Of a DNA stretch of 64,000 bases, positions 39,574 through 48,626 are shown in pieces. This DNA comes from a virus (taxonomy: Duplodnaviria > Caudoviricetes). Below the pieces are notes generated by a model. It worked only from the letters and a program-made list of their open reading frames with translations, was not told the origin of the DNA and made no database searches. The stretch lies in the IMG/VR virus record IMGVR_UViG_3300024331_000007, positions 128,001 through 192,000 of that record. One strand, given 5' to 3'. Every line of letters starts with the position of its first letter. The stretch's first letter is position 1. Made by a program: the position numbers and the translations under genes.

Positions 39574-39906
39574 TTACAGAATATCGTAGTCACGCCAAAC
39601 GCGAACACCAAAAACATTTTCCTTGCTGCCGTGGTAACCGTTTTTATAACCAGCCTTCATAATAACTCGGACATTTTCACGAGTTGCACGGTTACGAATC
39701 AAATTCATCACAGGTTTAATTTCACTTGCAACAGGAACTGGTACAAAGAAACTATCAGATGTGCCAGCCCTCATTTTCTTAAAAGGCATCTGCGCCAATC
39801 CAACGAGATTTCGGGCGCGAGTCGGTCGTTCTTTTGATTCGAGTTCAAACATCTTTAGCCTTTCATCTTCCAATAGTATATCGAAGTTTGGCCTGAATGT
39901 CAACAA
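39574..39906 (-). CDS. small DNA-binding-like hypothetical protein
   Basis: MPFKKM...DSFFVP...GVRVWR pattern. Confidence 0.5.
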   Translation of the reverse strand: MLTFRPNFDILLEDERLKMFELESKERPTRARNLVGLAQMPFKKMRAGTSDSFFVPVPVASEIKPVMNLIRNRATRENVRVIMKAGYKNGYHGSKENVFGVRVWRDYDIL

Positions 39907-39933
39907 AAAGCTGGAGTCAAATTCGACTCCAGC
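39905..39933 (-). terminator. intrinsic terminator
   Basis: GCTGGAGTC/GACTCCAGC stem then TTTTT on minus. Confidence 0.7.
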
Positions 39934-40003
39934 CTAAATACAGCAAATTCAGTAACTTAAAGGTTAAAAACAGGATATCATAACCAGTTTCATTTGTCAA
40001 GTA

Positions 40004-41545
40004 TTATTGTATCCATTGCACGATTACTATTCCTGTTGCACCATTTCCGCCAGAGGTTCCTGAATTTGACGATCCTCCGCCTCCGCCTGAACCAAACGCT
40101 TCTCCGTTTGAACCATTGCCAACTGATCCTCCATAGAATCCGCGACCACCACCACCAAAAATACTGGCTCCGCCAGTTACGCCTGCTGATGATGAATTTG
40201 AGGTTCCTGTTGATCCGTCTCCACCATTAACCGAATCGGCATCTCCGCCTGTAGGAGTTCCACCAGCACCACCGTAATTTGCATTCGGAGAGTTTCCGCC
40301 AACACCACCTCCGCCGCCTCCACCAGTCACAGTTGAAATTGTTTGAGTTCCGCTGGCAATTGCTGAATTATTACCATTTCCGCCGCCTGTTCCCGCTGAT
40401 CCTATTCCTCCAGTACCAACAGTAACAGCAATCGTATTTCCTGATGTATATCCAGTTGACAGAACTTTCGCCGCAGCGCCTGCTCCACCACCTGAACCAC
40501 TAACGCCCGATGCACCACCACCACCTGCTCCACCACCTCCGACTATTGTCCATTGAAATGCGGTGCTGGTTGTAACTCCCGCTGGAATAGTAAATGTTCC
40601 AGAAGTAGTAAATGTCTGCTTATGCAATGTTTGGGTGAAGCATCCCAAAGAACTTCCAGTTGTTGATATTCCAATTGTTGCTTGACCCGCTGCGCAGGTA
40701 GTAGGAGAAGATGCAAATGCAGTTGCTGTTCCTGCATTTCCAGTAATAGCAATTGCCCAAGTTCCTGATGCGCCTGTTCCTGTTACGCTGGGCGCTCCGA
40801 TAGTATTATATGAAACAATAAAAGCAGTGGAACCATTATATACTTGTGGCGATGATGCTCCCGATCCACCACTATTAAAGGTTAATGTGCTTGCAACTGA
40901 ACCAGACTGCCCCGTAATGTTTATTGGCCATGTTCCAGATGCTCCAGAACCAGTAGTTGACGGTGCGCCAAAGCTATGAAAGTCATATGTTATTGCAGAA
41001 GAACCATTAAATGTTGTACCGGGCGCAGCACCACCTGATGCTGCTGCGGTCAACGCATTTGTTGTCGCTCCAGTACCTGAAATTGTATTACATCCAAATG
41101 TTTGTGTTGAATTGTCAAAGGTTAATGCATTTGACCCACCACTACAACTTAGAAGTGTCTTCCACGAACCTGTTCCTGCTCCAGTTCCAACAAAAATTTG
41201 ATTTATAGCGTCAGAAAGGGTGATGGAAATTTGGGGTGTTGTTGTTTGATTAGCAACATTGAGCGCAAACATACTATTTGAACCAGTTGGAGAAACCTGT
41301 GTTACTGTTCCAGTTCCAGCCGAAATTGTCACGCATTGAAATACATGAGGTGTAACTGAATCATTATACTGAAGTGCATTATTCAGACCGTGACAAGTTG
41401 GCACTGGACCAGTTCCGCCATATAATGTCCCCAAAACACCCTTTACCTGAATAGGTGTTGATGGGCCTAAATTTATTTGTTGAGCCTGAGCAACGAAGGG
41501 GATTGAAAGCATCAAAACTGCCAGAACTGTGAATAATCTTTTCAT
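40004..41545 (-). CDS. Gly/Ser/Thr-rich tail-fibre-like protein with N-terminal signal peptide
   Basis: Start trimmed to MKRLFTVLAVLMLSIPFVAQA; repeated GASGTW motifs; C-terminal glycine-rich domain (QTFTTSGTFTIP...GGGGAGG...G.GATGIVIVQW). Confidence 0.75.
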   Translation of the reverse strand: MKRLFTVLAVLMLSIPFVAQAQQINLGPSTPIQVKGVLGTLYGGTGPVPTCHGLNNALQYNDSVTPHVFQCVTISAGTGTVTQVSPTGSNSMFALNVANQTTTPQISITLSDAINQIFVGTGAGTGSWKTLLSCSGGSNALTFDNSTQTFGCNTISGTGATTNALTAAASGGAAPGTTFNGSSAITYDFHSFGAPSTTGSGASGTWPINITGQSGSVASTLTFNSGGSGASSPQVYNGSTAFIVSYNTIGAPSVTGTGASGTWAIAITGNAGTATAFASSPTTCAAGQATIGISTTGSSLGCFTQTLHKQTFTTSGTFTIPAGVTTSTAFQWTIVGGGGAGGGGASGVSGSGGGAGAAAKVLSTGYTSGNTIAVTVGTGGIGSAGTGGGNGNNSAIASGTQTISTVTGGGGGGGVGGNSPNANYGGAGGTPTGGDADSVNGGDGSTGTSNSSSAGVTGGASIFGGGGRGFYGGSVGNGSNGEAFGSGGGGGSSNSGTSGGNGATGIVIVQWIQ

Positions 41546-41555
41546 TGTTAACCTC

Positions 41556-42104
41556 TTACCCAAAAATAATGATCTTTCCCGAAACATTGATGTCAGATGA
41601 AATCCCATAAACATTAGCTGAATCGAATCCTGCTGCAACATTTGACGTATCAAGCCAGAATTGCCCCAATGAATTTGCATTTGTCATAGTAAATGTTACA
41701 GCAACGGGAGTATGACCAACAGAATGTCCAAATACAAATGGTCCAGCAGCAGACGAAACAAAAGAAGATACTCTAATATTAGCTGTTCCCGATGAACCCG
41801 CAGTTCCTTGATTTCCCTGTGGTCCTGTAGCTCCAGCAGTGCCTTGATTTCCTTGAGGACCAGCAACACCTGCAGTTCCTTGATTTCCCTGTGGTCCTGT
41901 AGCTCCAGCAGTGCCTTGATTTCCTTGAGGACCAGCAACACCTGCGGTTCCTTGGTTTCCCTGTGGGCCTTGAGGACCAGCACCAATAAAAGATATCAAC
42001 TGCGAGATTGAGGCACTTTCCGTGGTCGAATTTTGAACAATTGGAAAAATTGCAGTATTCGCAATCGATCCCGCTGCGGGAAGTTGACTAATTTTTATAG
42101 ACAT
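41556..42104 (-). CDS. collagen-like virion-type protein (late)
   Basis: [10 protein letters not shown]-terminus, Gly-X-Y run; CATAAATA at 42135-42142. Confidence 0.8.
   Translation of the reverse strand: MSIKISQLPAAGSIANTAIFPIVQNSTTESASISQLISFIGAGPQGPQGNQGTAGVAGPQGNQGTAGATGPQGNQGTAGVAGPQGNQGTAGATGPQGNQGTAGSSGTANIRVSSFVSSAAGPFVFGHSVGHTPVAVTFTMTNANSLGQFWLDTSNVAAGFDSANVYGISSDINVSGKIIIFG
41800..41943. repeat. exact 72-bp tandem duplication within the collagen region
   Basis: 41800-41871 = 41872-41943, encoding [24 protein letters not shown]-type units. Confidence 0.85.
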
Positions 42105-42153
42105 GTGTTGAATACTCCAATCGTGATTCTGTTATATTTATGCCAACCAAAAC

Positions 42154-42181
42154 AAAACCGCGAATCTTTCGACTCGCGGTT
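42154..42181 (-). terminator. intrinsic terminator
   Basis: AACCGCGA/TCGCGGTT stem, T-tract on minus. Confidence 0.6.
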
Positions 42182-42209
42182 CTGGCTATTTCTATTAATT
42201 GTATTTTGG

Positions 42210-42794
42210 TTATCCCAATGGTTGTTCGTATGTTTCGAAGAAAAGGTACTCTCTCCACATTGGGTCACTCTCGCCCATATTCCTGAGAATGAAACGACTT
42301 GTGTGCGAACTCAATGGTTTTGGTGTGTATCTCAGCTTCATATCCTTCAATTCGCTCAACAATTTGTCACCCTTATGCTTGTTACAAGGCATACAGCAAG
42401 TAACAAGGTTTTCCCATGTATTCTTACCACCACGGGAACGCGGGTAAACGTGATCCATTGTCAATTTGCTAGTTGGAAAGACTTCTCCGCAATATAGACA
42501 CATGTTCTTATCACGATTGAAGATGTTCTTTCTCGTGACAATCTGTGTCCTGATTGGAATATAACGGTACTCCAAAAGCCTAATAACACTCGGCAGAAAG
42601 AAGTCAACCGTTACCAATTCACCCGTGTGTTCGTCCCACATTTTACCACTGTAGAACATTTTATCCTCGTGAACCTTTTCAGCCTTAGCCGCACCCTTGA
42701 CAATGAGTTTCATTGCCCTTTTGGCGCTGCAAATATTCAGCGGCTCAAAAGCGTTGTTGAGAACCAAAACGGGTTTTTGACATAGGGTAGACAT
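42210..42794 (-). CDS. HNH endonuclease (McrA-like)
   Basis: VLVLNNAFEPL, PSVIRL, RDKNMCLYCG, TMDHVYPRSRGG..TWENLVTCC..CN. Confidence 0.9.
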   Translation of the reverse strand: MSTLCQKPVLVLNNAFEPLNICSAKRAMKLIVKGAAKAEKVHEDKMFYSGKMWDEHTGELVTVDFFLPSVIRLLEYRYIPIRTQIVTRKNIFNRDKNMCLYCGEVFPTSKLTMDHVYPRSRGGKNTWENLVTCCMPCNKHKGDKLLSELKDMKLRYTPKPLSSHTSRFILRNMGESDPMWREYLFFETYEQPLG

Positions 42795-43816
42795 TTTGTA
42801 CCTCTTTCTGTATTATTTACTGCTCCAACTTCCGAATCATTTGTTGCTCAATTGACTGCCATGCGGCATTCCATGCACGAAGTTTCGACTTTTGCCAGCC
42901 ACTGAGGAATCTCCATGACTCAAGTCCAATTATCTCAAAATAGGTTGTTTTGAATACCTTGTTTGGGTCCACATCATTTTCTGGTGAAAAATATCCAATG
43001 ATAAACTTCGCTGTCGCAGCCCATTCCGATGAATATGAATTTGTATTAGAGTCCAAATCCTCAGCAACTAATGCATTTGGATAAATGGCCCGTACTTTGT
43101 CCTTCGATGTTTGTCTTTTCATTTCTCAAACTTTTGAAGCATTATTTGCTGAATCATAACCCATGTGCTTATCCAAGCTTCGTCAATCGTTTCGGACCAT
43201 CGTCCTTTTAATCTGAAATGTGAATTTACCCTCTGATAATCACCTGTAATCATCAGCAATTCTTCCGATGTAATGAGAGTCGGCTCTCCGACTCCGTACA
43301 ACTTCAGTGCATGAACATGATTAGTATACTTGTGAGTATCCTTGAATACGATTGCGTTTGGAAATATCCCTCTTACCTTTGAAATGACATCCTGAATCTC
43401 AGTAGAAACCGATGGCATTGGCTCGTACTTCCACTCTTTAAACGTAGGTCCGACAAACCAATCGTTCGAGTCATCCAATCCCATGTGTTTTCCTTTACTT
43501 GTTGAATTTCCAAATTTCATTTAACTGCCGTTGGGCAATCGAATAGTTTCTAAACTTTTTCTCATGGGTTTTTAGCTGATCTTGTATTCTTTTTAAGCGA
43601 GGTAAAATATCTTTGTGAAATGATTCTATGACCGCTGATTGCCCATTTTTGTTTACATAACTAGTGTAAACCAAATTTTGAAAAGAGTCAAGAGAAAAAT
43701 AAAATTCGGTCAATTCTCTGTCAAGCTCAATCATTTCAACAACTAACGATGGCAATCTCGATGCCCACGATAGCTCTTGCGCAGCAAGCATCGCATCAAA
43801 AATTAGATATTTGGCT

Positions 43817-44023
43817 TCATCCTGCGTCATTTCCGCCATTTGGCTTTGCTCCGTAGTCCGTCACATACCAACCATTGCCCTTAAAATGCAATGCGGAACT
43901 GGTCAATGGTCTTTCAACTGGTTCTCCGCATACAGGACAAACCTTTTCCTCAGGTGCTTTGAAACTCTGCAACTTCTCGTAAACATGTTCACATTTTGTG
44001 CAGCGATACTCATATAACGGCAT
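43817..44023 (-). CDS. FmdB-family zinc-ribbon protein
   Basis: MPLYEYRCTKC...CPVCG...FKGNGWYVTDY. Confidence 0.85.
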   Translation of the reverse strand: MPLYEYRCTKCEHVYEKLQSFKAPEEKVCPVCGEPVERPLTSSALHFKGNGWYVTDYGAKPNGGNDAG

Positions 44024-44037
44024 ATCAATATTTATCC

Positions 44038-44382
44038 TCATCGAACATGAAAATCACAACGAACACTGAGCCAACCATCAATTCGTTTGAATCCCTTGTC
44101 TCCGCATCTGTCACAAGTTTCATTGCTTTTGCGTTCGGCTTTATCAATTGCAATATCTGTCTCTTCGTTTCCGCCAGAAGTGTAAACTCGTAAGTCGCCA
44201 AACTTTTCTTTGATTTGATCGATATGAAACTCTGGCAAATCTTTAGTCAAAACAAGAAGTTCGTCAAACAGTTCTTTTATGATTAATAACCAACCATCGC
44301 CGACCTCGAATCCATAAGATCGACGGCCTTGAAACCACGAAGCAGGATAGTTGGAACGTAATTGTTCCCTCAACTCTTTCAT
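44038..44382 (-). CDS. conserved phage hypothetical protein
   Basis: VGDGW..II, QIKEKFGDLRVY, C..CG...GWLSVRC. Confidence 0.65.
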   Translation of the reverse strand: MKELREQLRSNYPASWFQGRRSYGFEVGDGWLLIIKELFDELLVLTKDLPEFHIDQIKEKFGDLRVYTSGGNEETDIAIDKAERKSNETCDRCGDKGFKRIDGWLSVRCDFHVR

Positions 44383-44402
44383 TTGAACTCTCTTTCCAGT
44401 AG

Positions 44403-45555
44403 TTACCAGCTTACAATCACCGATCTAAAATCTTGATCTGATAACTTACAAGCCAACCCTTTTAATGGCAACATTTGACACAGCATAATTTTAATGTGCA
44501 TTAATTTCCACTCTTCTTGGTAACCATTGTTACCACATTTAAACTCAAGATTATATTTCTTCTGCCTAATTGCGTAAGCAATTTCGTCCTGTAATTGACT
44601 AATCAACCTTGGCATATCTTTTTCTGCTTCGCATCTACCAGCTTCCATCTGAAGCATTACTCTTGTGTGGGTTTCGCGTTGGTTTTTACGATCTTCCTCC
44701 TGCCTGAGTTTTTCTTTCTCAATCCTCTCAAGCATTGCTTTATTTTCTAATTTCTCCACTGACTCGATATCAATCATACTCACCAACTTATCTCAAGTTT
44801 GTTTACACTAGGCTTCAATCGGCACACAAATCCGCTGAGTGTTAATGTCGGTATCAACAACGAAACCAAAAAGGTATCCTTTGGTGATTCGCCAATTGTA
44901 TAATGAACAACATTTGACATTCCGCCCTTTACCACTCTTCTGATGCGATCTTCAATCGTTTGCAATTCATCAGGAAATTCTTGTTCCGCAGTTGCCTGTG
45001 CGTTTAGCATACGATCAAAAATCAGTTTCTGACTTTCAATCTCACTTTCTAGCGCAACAAGTTCTTCCTTATATTTCTCGTCAATTTTTTGCCGCTGAAT
45101 TGCACGGACTTCCTCAAGGTTTATCATACTCACCAACTTATCTCAAGTTTGCCTTCGGTTAAACGGCATACATATCCATGCAATGGCAGAACATCCAATA
45201 GCATCTTGACAAGGTAGGTATCGCGAACGTTCCATGAATATTGAAAAGTAAACATTGATCCGCCGTTTGAAACATTTTCTCTAATATTGCATTCGATGCT
45301 TGCCAAAACAGTAGGAAATGCTTCTTCTGCTTTTTCACGATCAAGTTCAGCATCAATTAATTTCTGTTTTTGTTTGTCAGCGGCAGCTTGCAACGATAAT
45401 GTTTTGTTGCGTCGTTCAATTTCAATCTGTCGTTCAATTCTTTCCAATTGAAGTTTTCTAATTTCTTCAAGTTCAATCATGCTCTCAATGCCTCTCGAAT
45501 CTCCATCAACATTCTGCCAAGATGGTTTTCTCCAACTCCTTCGCACATCCCCCAA
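44403..45555 (-). other. three tandem paralogous coiled-coil ORFs (44403-44786, 44780-45136, 45130-45555)
   Basis: Shared SMI(D/N/E)(I/L)E start, coiled coil, A...P..L..I...I, and L...G..C.L...(I/V)SW end. Confidence 0.7.
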
Positions 45556-45926
45556 TACGTGTCATTCCACGTATTATCCTCAATCAATTCAGCATCACCT
45601 GTTGCCAACAGCAATTCTCTGTAAAAAGGATGTGTGAACTTCTGAACAAGAACTTCCATCATCACATCATTCTTGATTGTCTGCCAATCAGGTCGCAAGG
45701 TAACTGTGTATCCGAGTTTCTTTGATTCACCGGGAGTTTTTGCTTGAGCAACCGCGAGTCGTTCTTCTCTAATTAAAGTCTTTGATGCTTGGAAAGCGTG
45801 TTCGGTTGTAGCGCACGAAATTTTTCCACCAGCACAATCATCGATCCAGATTGTCATGCTATCGGCTGAATGAAAATTACTGAGGAATCTAAACGGACCA
45901 AAAAAGCCTAATATACGGTTGCTCAT
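45477..45926 (-). CDS. ybiA: NADAR family protein
   Basis: FLSNF, TTEHAFQASK, KKLG, W...K..VM...L..KF, LLATGDAELIE..TWND.YWG...G.N.LGRMLMEIR. Confidence 0.9.
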   Translation of the reverse strand: MSNRILGFFGPFRFLSNFHSADSMTIWIDDCAGGKISCATTEHAFQASKTLIREERLAVAQAKTPGESKKLGYTVTLRPDWQTIKNDVMMEVLVQKFTHPFYRELLLATGDAELIEDNTWNDTYWGMCEGVGENHLGRMLMEIREALRA

Positions 45927-45983
45927 AATACACATCCTTTGCATTAGTATAGCTCTTTTGAATGAGAGGGTCAAGACCAAAAG

Positions 45984-46005
45984 AAAAGGTCAGCTTTCGC
46001 TGACC
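45984..46005 (-). terminator. intrinsic terminator after tRNA cluster
   Basis: GGTCAGC-GAAA-GCTGACC-TTTT on minus. Confidence 0.75.
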
Positions 46006-46019
46006 AAATTCTTGAATTA

Positions 46020-46102
46020 TGGAGCTAATGGAGGGAATCGAACCCACGGTGTTTGTATGGCAGTTTACAAAACTGCTGCTGTCGCCACTGAGCCACATTA
46101 GC
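46020..46102 (-). tRNA. trnT-UGU: tRNA-Thr (UGU) with enlarged variable loop
   Basis: GCTAATG/CATTAGC-T-CCA; GCAGT-TTTGTAA-ACTGC; T-loop TTCGATT; 83 nt. Confidence 0.8.
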
Positions 46103-46744
46103 TTAAATTGTTCGGCCTTTATACCATCCAACAGGAATCTCTGAATCTTTGGCCGTCTTCTTATTTATGCTTCCGTTAGTAATCCACATCGTTCCAAACT
46201 GAGTATTCTTTGGACCTTGAGAATGGCCTATTCTTGCGAGAGTTGCATATCTTTTCTTATTTGCTTCTTCAGTTTGAGCCTGTTGAATTGCCTTTGCTTG
46301 ATACTTTTTACGATCTTCTTCGCTCATTGCGAATATTCCCCGTTTTAAGTCTCTAGCTCTCACTCCACCCTTCGAATTGATTTCTTGTTTTCGTTCTTTC
46401 GAGTAGCCGTGTATCCCAAGTTTCTTTTTGACAATTACCAATCCACCCGCCAACTGCTCTTGAGGTGTCCAACCGCCCTTCCCACCCAAATGAACATTAT
46501 AGGTGTCTTTACGAGCAATAAATTCTTCGTTAACCAACTCTCGCTCTTTTTCAAACATTTCGGAGCGTGTAACAAAGTTGAATAACGTCACTCGTTTGAA
46601 GTTTTCAGGTCCGTACTTCTTTACAGCCTTTCGGAAGATGCGACCAGACCCTAAGTATCCATCATCAATATTATCGGTAATGTGTGTTCCGATGTATATT
46701 TTTCCATTGATGAGATTTGTGGTTTGGTACACTGTGTAATGCAT
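46103..46744 (-). CDS. Seg-like GIY-YIG homing endonuclease inside tRNA cluster
   Basis: MHYTVYQTTNLINGKIYIGTH...DDGYLGSG; start trimmed; stop codon abuts tRNA 5' end. Confidence 0.88.
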   Translation of the reverse strand: MHYTVYQTTNLINGKIYIGTHITDNIDDGYLGSGRIFRKAVKKYGPENFKRVTLFNFVTRSEMFEKERELVNEEFIARKDTYNVHLGGKGGWTPQEQLAGGLVIVKKKLGIHGYSKERKQEINSKGGVRARDLKRGIFAMSEEDRKKYQAKAIQQAQTEEANKKRYATLARIGHSQGPKNTQFGTMWITNGSINKKTAKDSEIPVGWYKGRTI

Positions 46745-46750
46745 TTGATT

Positions 46751-46825
46751 TGGAGCCTCGTGACGGAACTGACCCGTCAACTAAACTTTACAAGAGTCTT
46801 ATTTTTCCAGTTAAACTAACGAGGC
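46751..46825 (-). tRNA. trnT-UGU: tRNA-Thr (UGU), degenerate T-loop
   Basis: GCCTCGT/ACGAGGC-T-CCA; AGACT-CTTGTAA-AGTTT; T-loop GTCAGTT is non-canonical. Confidence 0.65.
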
Positions 46826-46829
46826 AAAA

Positions 46830-46904
46830 CATCGCAGTGGTTCGGGGTGCTGTCCTCATATTGAGGCCCGTATATTGCTTACGTCTACCAGTGAATCCAC
46901 TGCG
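46830..46904 (-). ncRNA. tRNA-sized structured element between two tRNAs, unassigned
   Basis: Closing stem CGCAGTGG/CCACTGCG; inner CGGG/CCCG and CCTCA/TGAGG; contains TGGTAGACGTAA. Confidence 0.4.
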
Positions 46905-46911
46905 GGAATGT

Positions 46912-46986
46912 TGGAGCCGAATAACAGACTTGAACTGTTTCCTTATCTTTACGAGAGATATATTCTACCAGTTAAAATAATTCGGC
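46912..46986 (-). tRNA. trnT-CGU: tRNA-Thr (CGU)
   Basis: GCCGAAT/ATTCGGC-T-CCA; TATCT-CTCGTAA-AGATA; T-loop TTCAAGT. Confidence 0.85.
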
Positions 46987-47348
46987 AAAACTTATATTTT
47001 GGGGTTAATAGACTTCAATGCCATATACTTCCCCGCCGATCCACGTATCCTTTCTTACCATTGTTCACCGCCGATGTAGGTATCTTTGCTGATAATCTTA
47101 ATCTTGCGGCCCATACCATCACACGAATCAAACTCGTGACCGCGAATGCCTGTGTTCGGAGCGTCAAAATCATGTCCAATCGTTAGGGTCATATCGTCTC
47201 TCTCGGATGGAGCTAGTTTGTTTCTGTTCGTTTAAGAAATCTTCCTTAGCCCAAAGTCTCTTTTTCCATTCTGGTAACTGTTCGTACTTTTTCTCAGCCT
47301 GTTCAAAAACTCTTACTAACCACTTGCCTTCCATAACACATCCTAATT

Positions 47349-47423
47349 TGGAGCCGATTTAGGGAATTGAACCCTAGTTTCAACCATACCAAGGTAGCGT
47401 AATAGCCACTATACGAAATCGGC
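47349..47423 (-). tRNA. trnT-GGU: tRNA-Thr (GGU)
   Basis: GCCGATT/AATCGGC-T-CCA; CTACC-TTGGTAT-GGTTG; T-loop TTCAATT. Confidence 0.88.
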
Positions 47424-47438
47424 GTAAATCTAAAAATT

Positions 47439-47513
47439 TGGCTGGTCCACAAGGATTCGAACCTTGAATGTCTGAGTCAGAGTCAGAAGTGATAGCCGTT
47501 TCACCATAGACCA
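47439..47513 (-). tRNA. trnQ-CUG: tRNA-Gln (CUG)
   Basis: TGGTCTA/TGGACCA-G-CCA; TCTGA-CTCTGAC-TCAGA; TTCGAAT. Confidence 0.92.
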
Positions 47514-47520
47514 ATATACT

Positions 47521-48087
47521 TTATTTAGCACACGAAACATGTCTCTTTGCCGTCCATGTGTCTTTTGCACCATTTTTGTGCTCATTTACCCATTTTATTA
47601 TGTATTCCTTCAACTGTTTATGCCATTTTACTTTGTCAAAACCAGTTGGAGTCCAATGTTGACTGTCACTTCTCTGCGCATTCTGCAAATACTCGTTAAT
47701 CTCACCTGTCATTGATACCATCGGCAAATAAATCCAACGAGGTGTGTAAGCAAAAGACAGCTTATCAGCAAAACACAACTGAGAAGGGTCTTTATCATGC
47801 TTTTTGGCATAGTATCGACTATGATACAGGCAAAAATCGCCCCATTTGTCGCCAAACAGTTTGCGCATAATTCCTGCGCCAAATTCTACGTGTGTCTCGC
47901 CTTCTGGTCCATCCATGTTTGGTTTTCCAAAATAGCCAAAATCGTGTACAAAAAATGCAACCCATAATCTAGGGTCTAATGGAAAACCATACAACTCATA
48001 CCACGCTCGTGCCACAAAAAATGGATGTAGGAAAAAGCAGTGAGCGCCAAATAAAACGCTCTTTGTTCCAATTCTCATAATCCTCAA
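47521..48087 (-). CDS. HD-like hypothetical protein
   Basis: LHP...VHDFGY...H...YHSR...ADK pattern. Confidence 0.55.
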   Translation of the reverse strand: MRIMRIGTKSVLFGAHCFFLHPFFVARAWYELYGFPLDPRLWVAFFVHDFGYFGKPNMDGPEGETHVEFGAGIMRKLFGDKWGDFCLYHSRYYAKKHDKDPSQLCFADKLSFAYTPRWIYLPMVSMTGEINEYLQNAQRSDSQHWTPTGFDKVKWHKQLKEYIIKWVNEHKNGAKDTWTAKRHVSCAK

Positions 48088-48089
48088 AT

Positions 48090-48322
48090 GTTTGGGGATT
48101 CTTCAGAGACATAGTGTGAATATAAAACTGAAGAATCCCTCAAACGGGGGAGTCAACGGTTTCGGGTCCGTTAACGCCTCTCCACCAATCGGTTAGAATG
48201 AACCGATACATTGGGCAAATAGCTCAGAAAATTCTCTGAACGATTTACGTCTACCACTCAGTCAAAAATGGACTGAGACATTGCCGATGTAGCCCCGCTC
48301 CACTCACTCGTACGGAGTGAGA
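48090..48322 (-). ncRNA. multi-hairpin structured RNA; 5' part (48238-48322) has a hatchet-ribozyme-like layout
   Basis: At least six hairpins in 235 non-coding nt; the ribozyme resemblance is from memory and untested. Confidence 0.5.
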
Positions 48323-48325
48323 CGA

Positions 48326-48490
48326 TTAATGAAATAAATTTAATGCGTTCTTCAATGTAATTAAGGCATTCGCCGCATTACATGCCGCTTGAGAGAAACG
48401 CATTGAATCTTGTGAATCCTGCGCTTCCGAAGCCTTTTTAATTAAGGCTTCAACTTGTTTTGCTACTGTTTCATTCATTGTTTCATCCAT
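48326..48490 (-). CDS. small hypothetical protein (54 aa, below ORF-track cutoff)
   Basis: Read by hand: MDETMNETVAKQVEALIKKASEAQDSQDSMRFSQAACNAANAL...; GGAG upstream. Confidence 0.6.
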   Translation of the reverse strand: MDETMNETVAKQVEALIKKASEAQDSQDSMRFSQAACNAANALITLKNALNLFH

Positions 48491-48626
48491 TGGGTTTTAT
48501 CTCCAAATTGTGACGTTGTGTTACGTTAATGATATTCCACGGCAAAACATTGAAACTTTTGGTTATGTGGAACGGCTTCATGAACTTATATCTAAGTATG
48601 CCCTATATTTTAGACAATGTCAACTA

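Noticed and set aside
41800-41975. CRISPR-like or regulatory repeat
   Set aside because: It is an in-frame 72-bp collagen duplication with no spacers; no CRISPR array or cas gene seen in the window
24651-42104. Diversity-generating retroelement linked to tail-fibre-like genes
   Set aside because: No reverse transcriptase and no template/variable repeat pair with adenine-specific mismatches were seen
46020-46102. Reading this tRNA as Tyr (GUA)
   Set aside because: The 5-bp stem GCAGT/ACTGC centres the 7-nt loop on TGT; G1-C72, C2-G71 and U73 match the neighbouring Thr tRNAs
47000-47190. CTACATCGGC match to the 48.2-kb RNA as a third ncRNA copy
   Set aside because: It lies in a small coding frame (KDTYIGGE, with a nearby KDTWIGGE duplicate) and lacks the flanking stems, so it is likely coincidence
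34391-47513. HDV-like theta ribozymes at tRNA 3' ends
   Set aside because: Trailers after each CCA are short AT-rich spacers, terminators or the next gene; no nested double-pseudoknot layout seen
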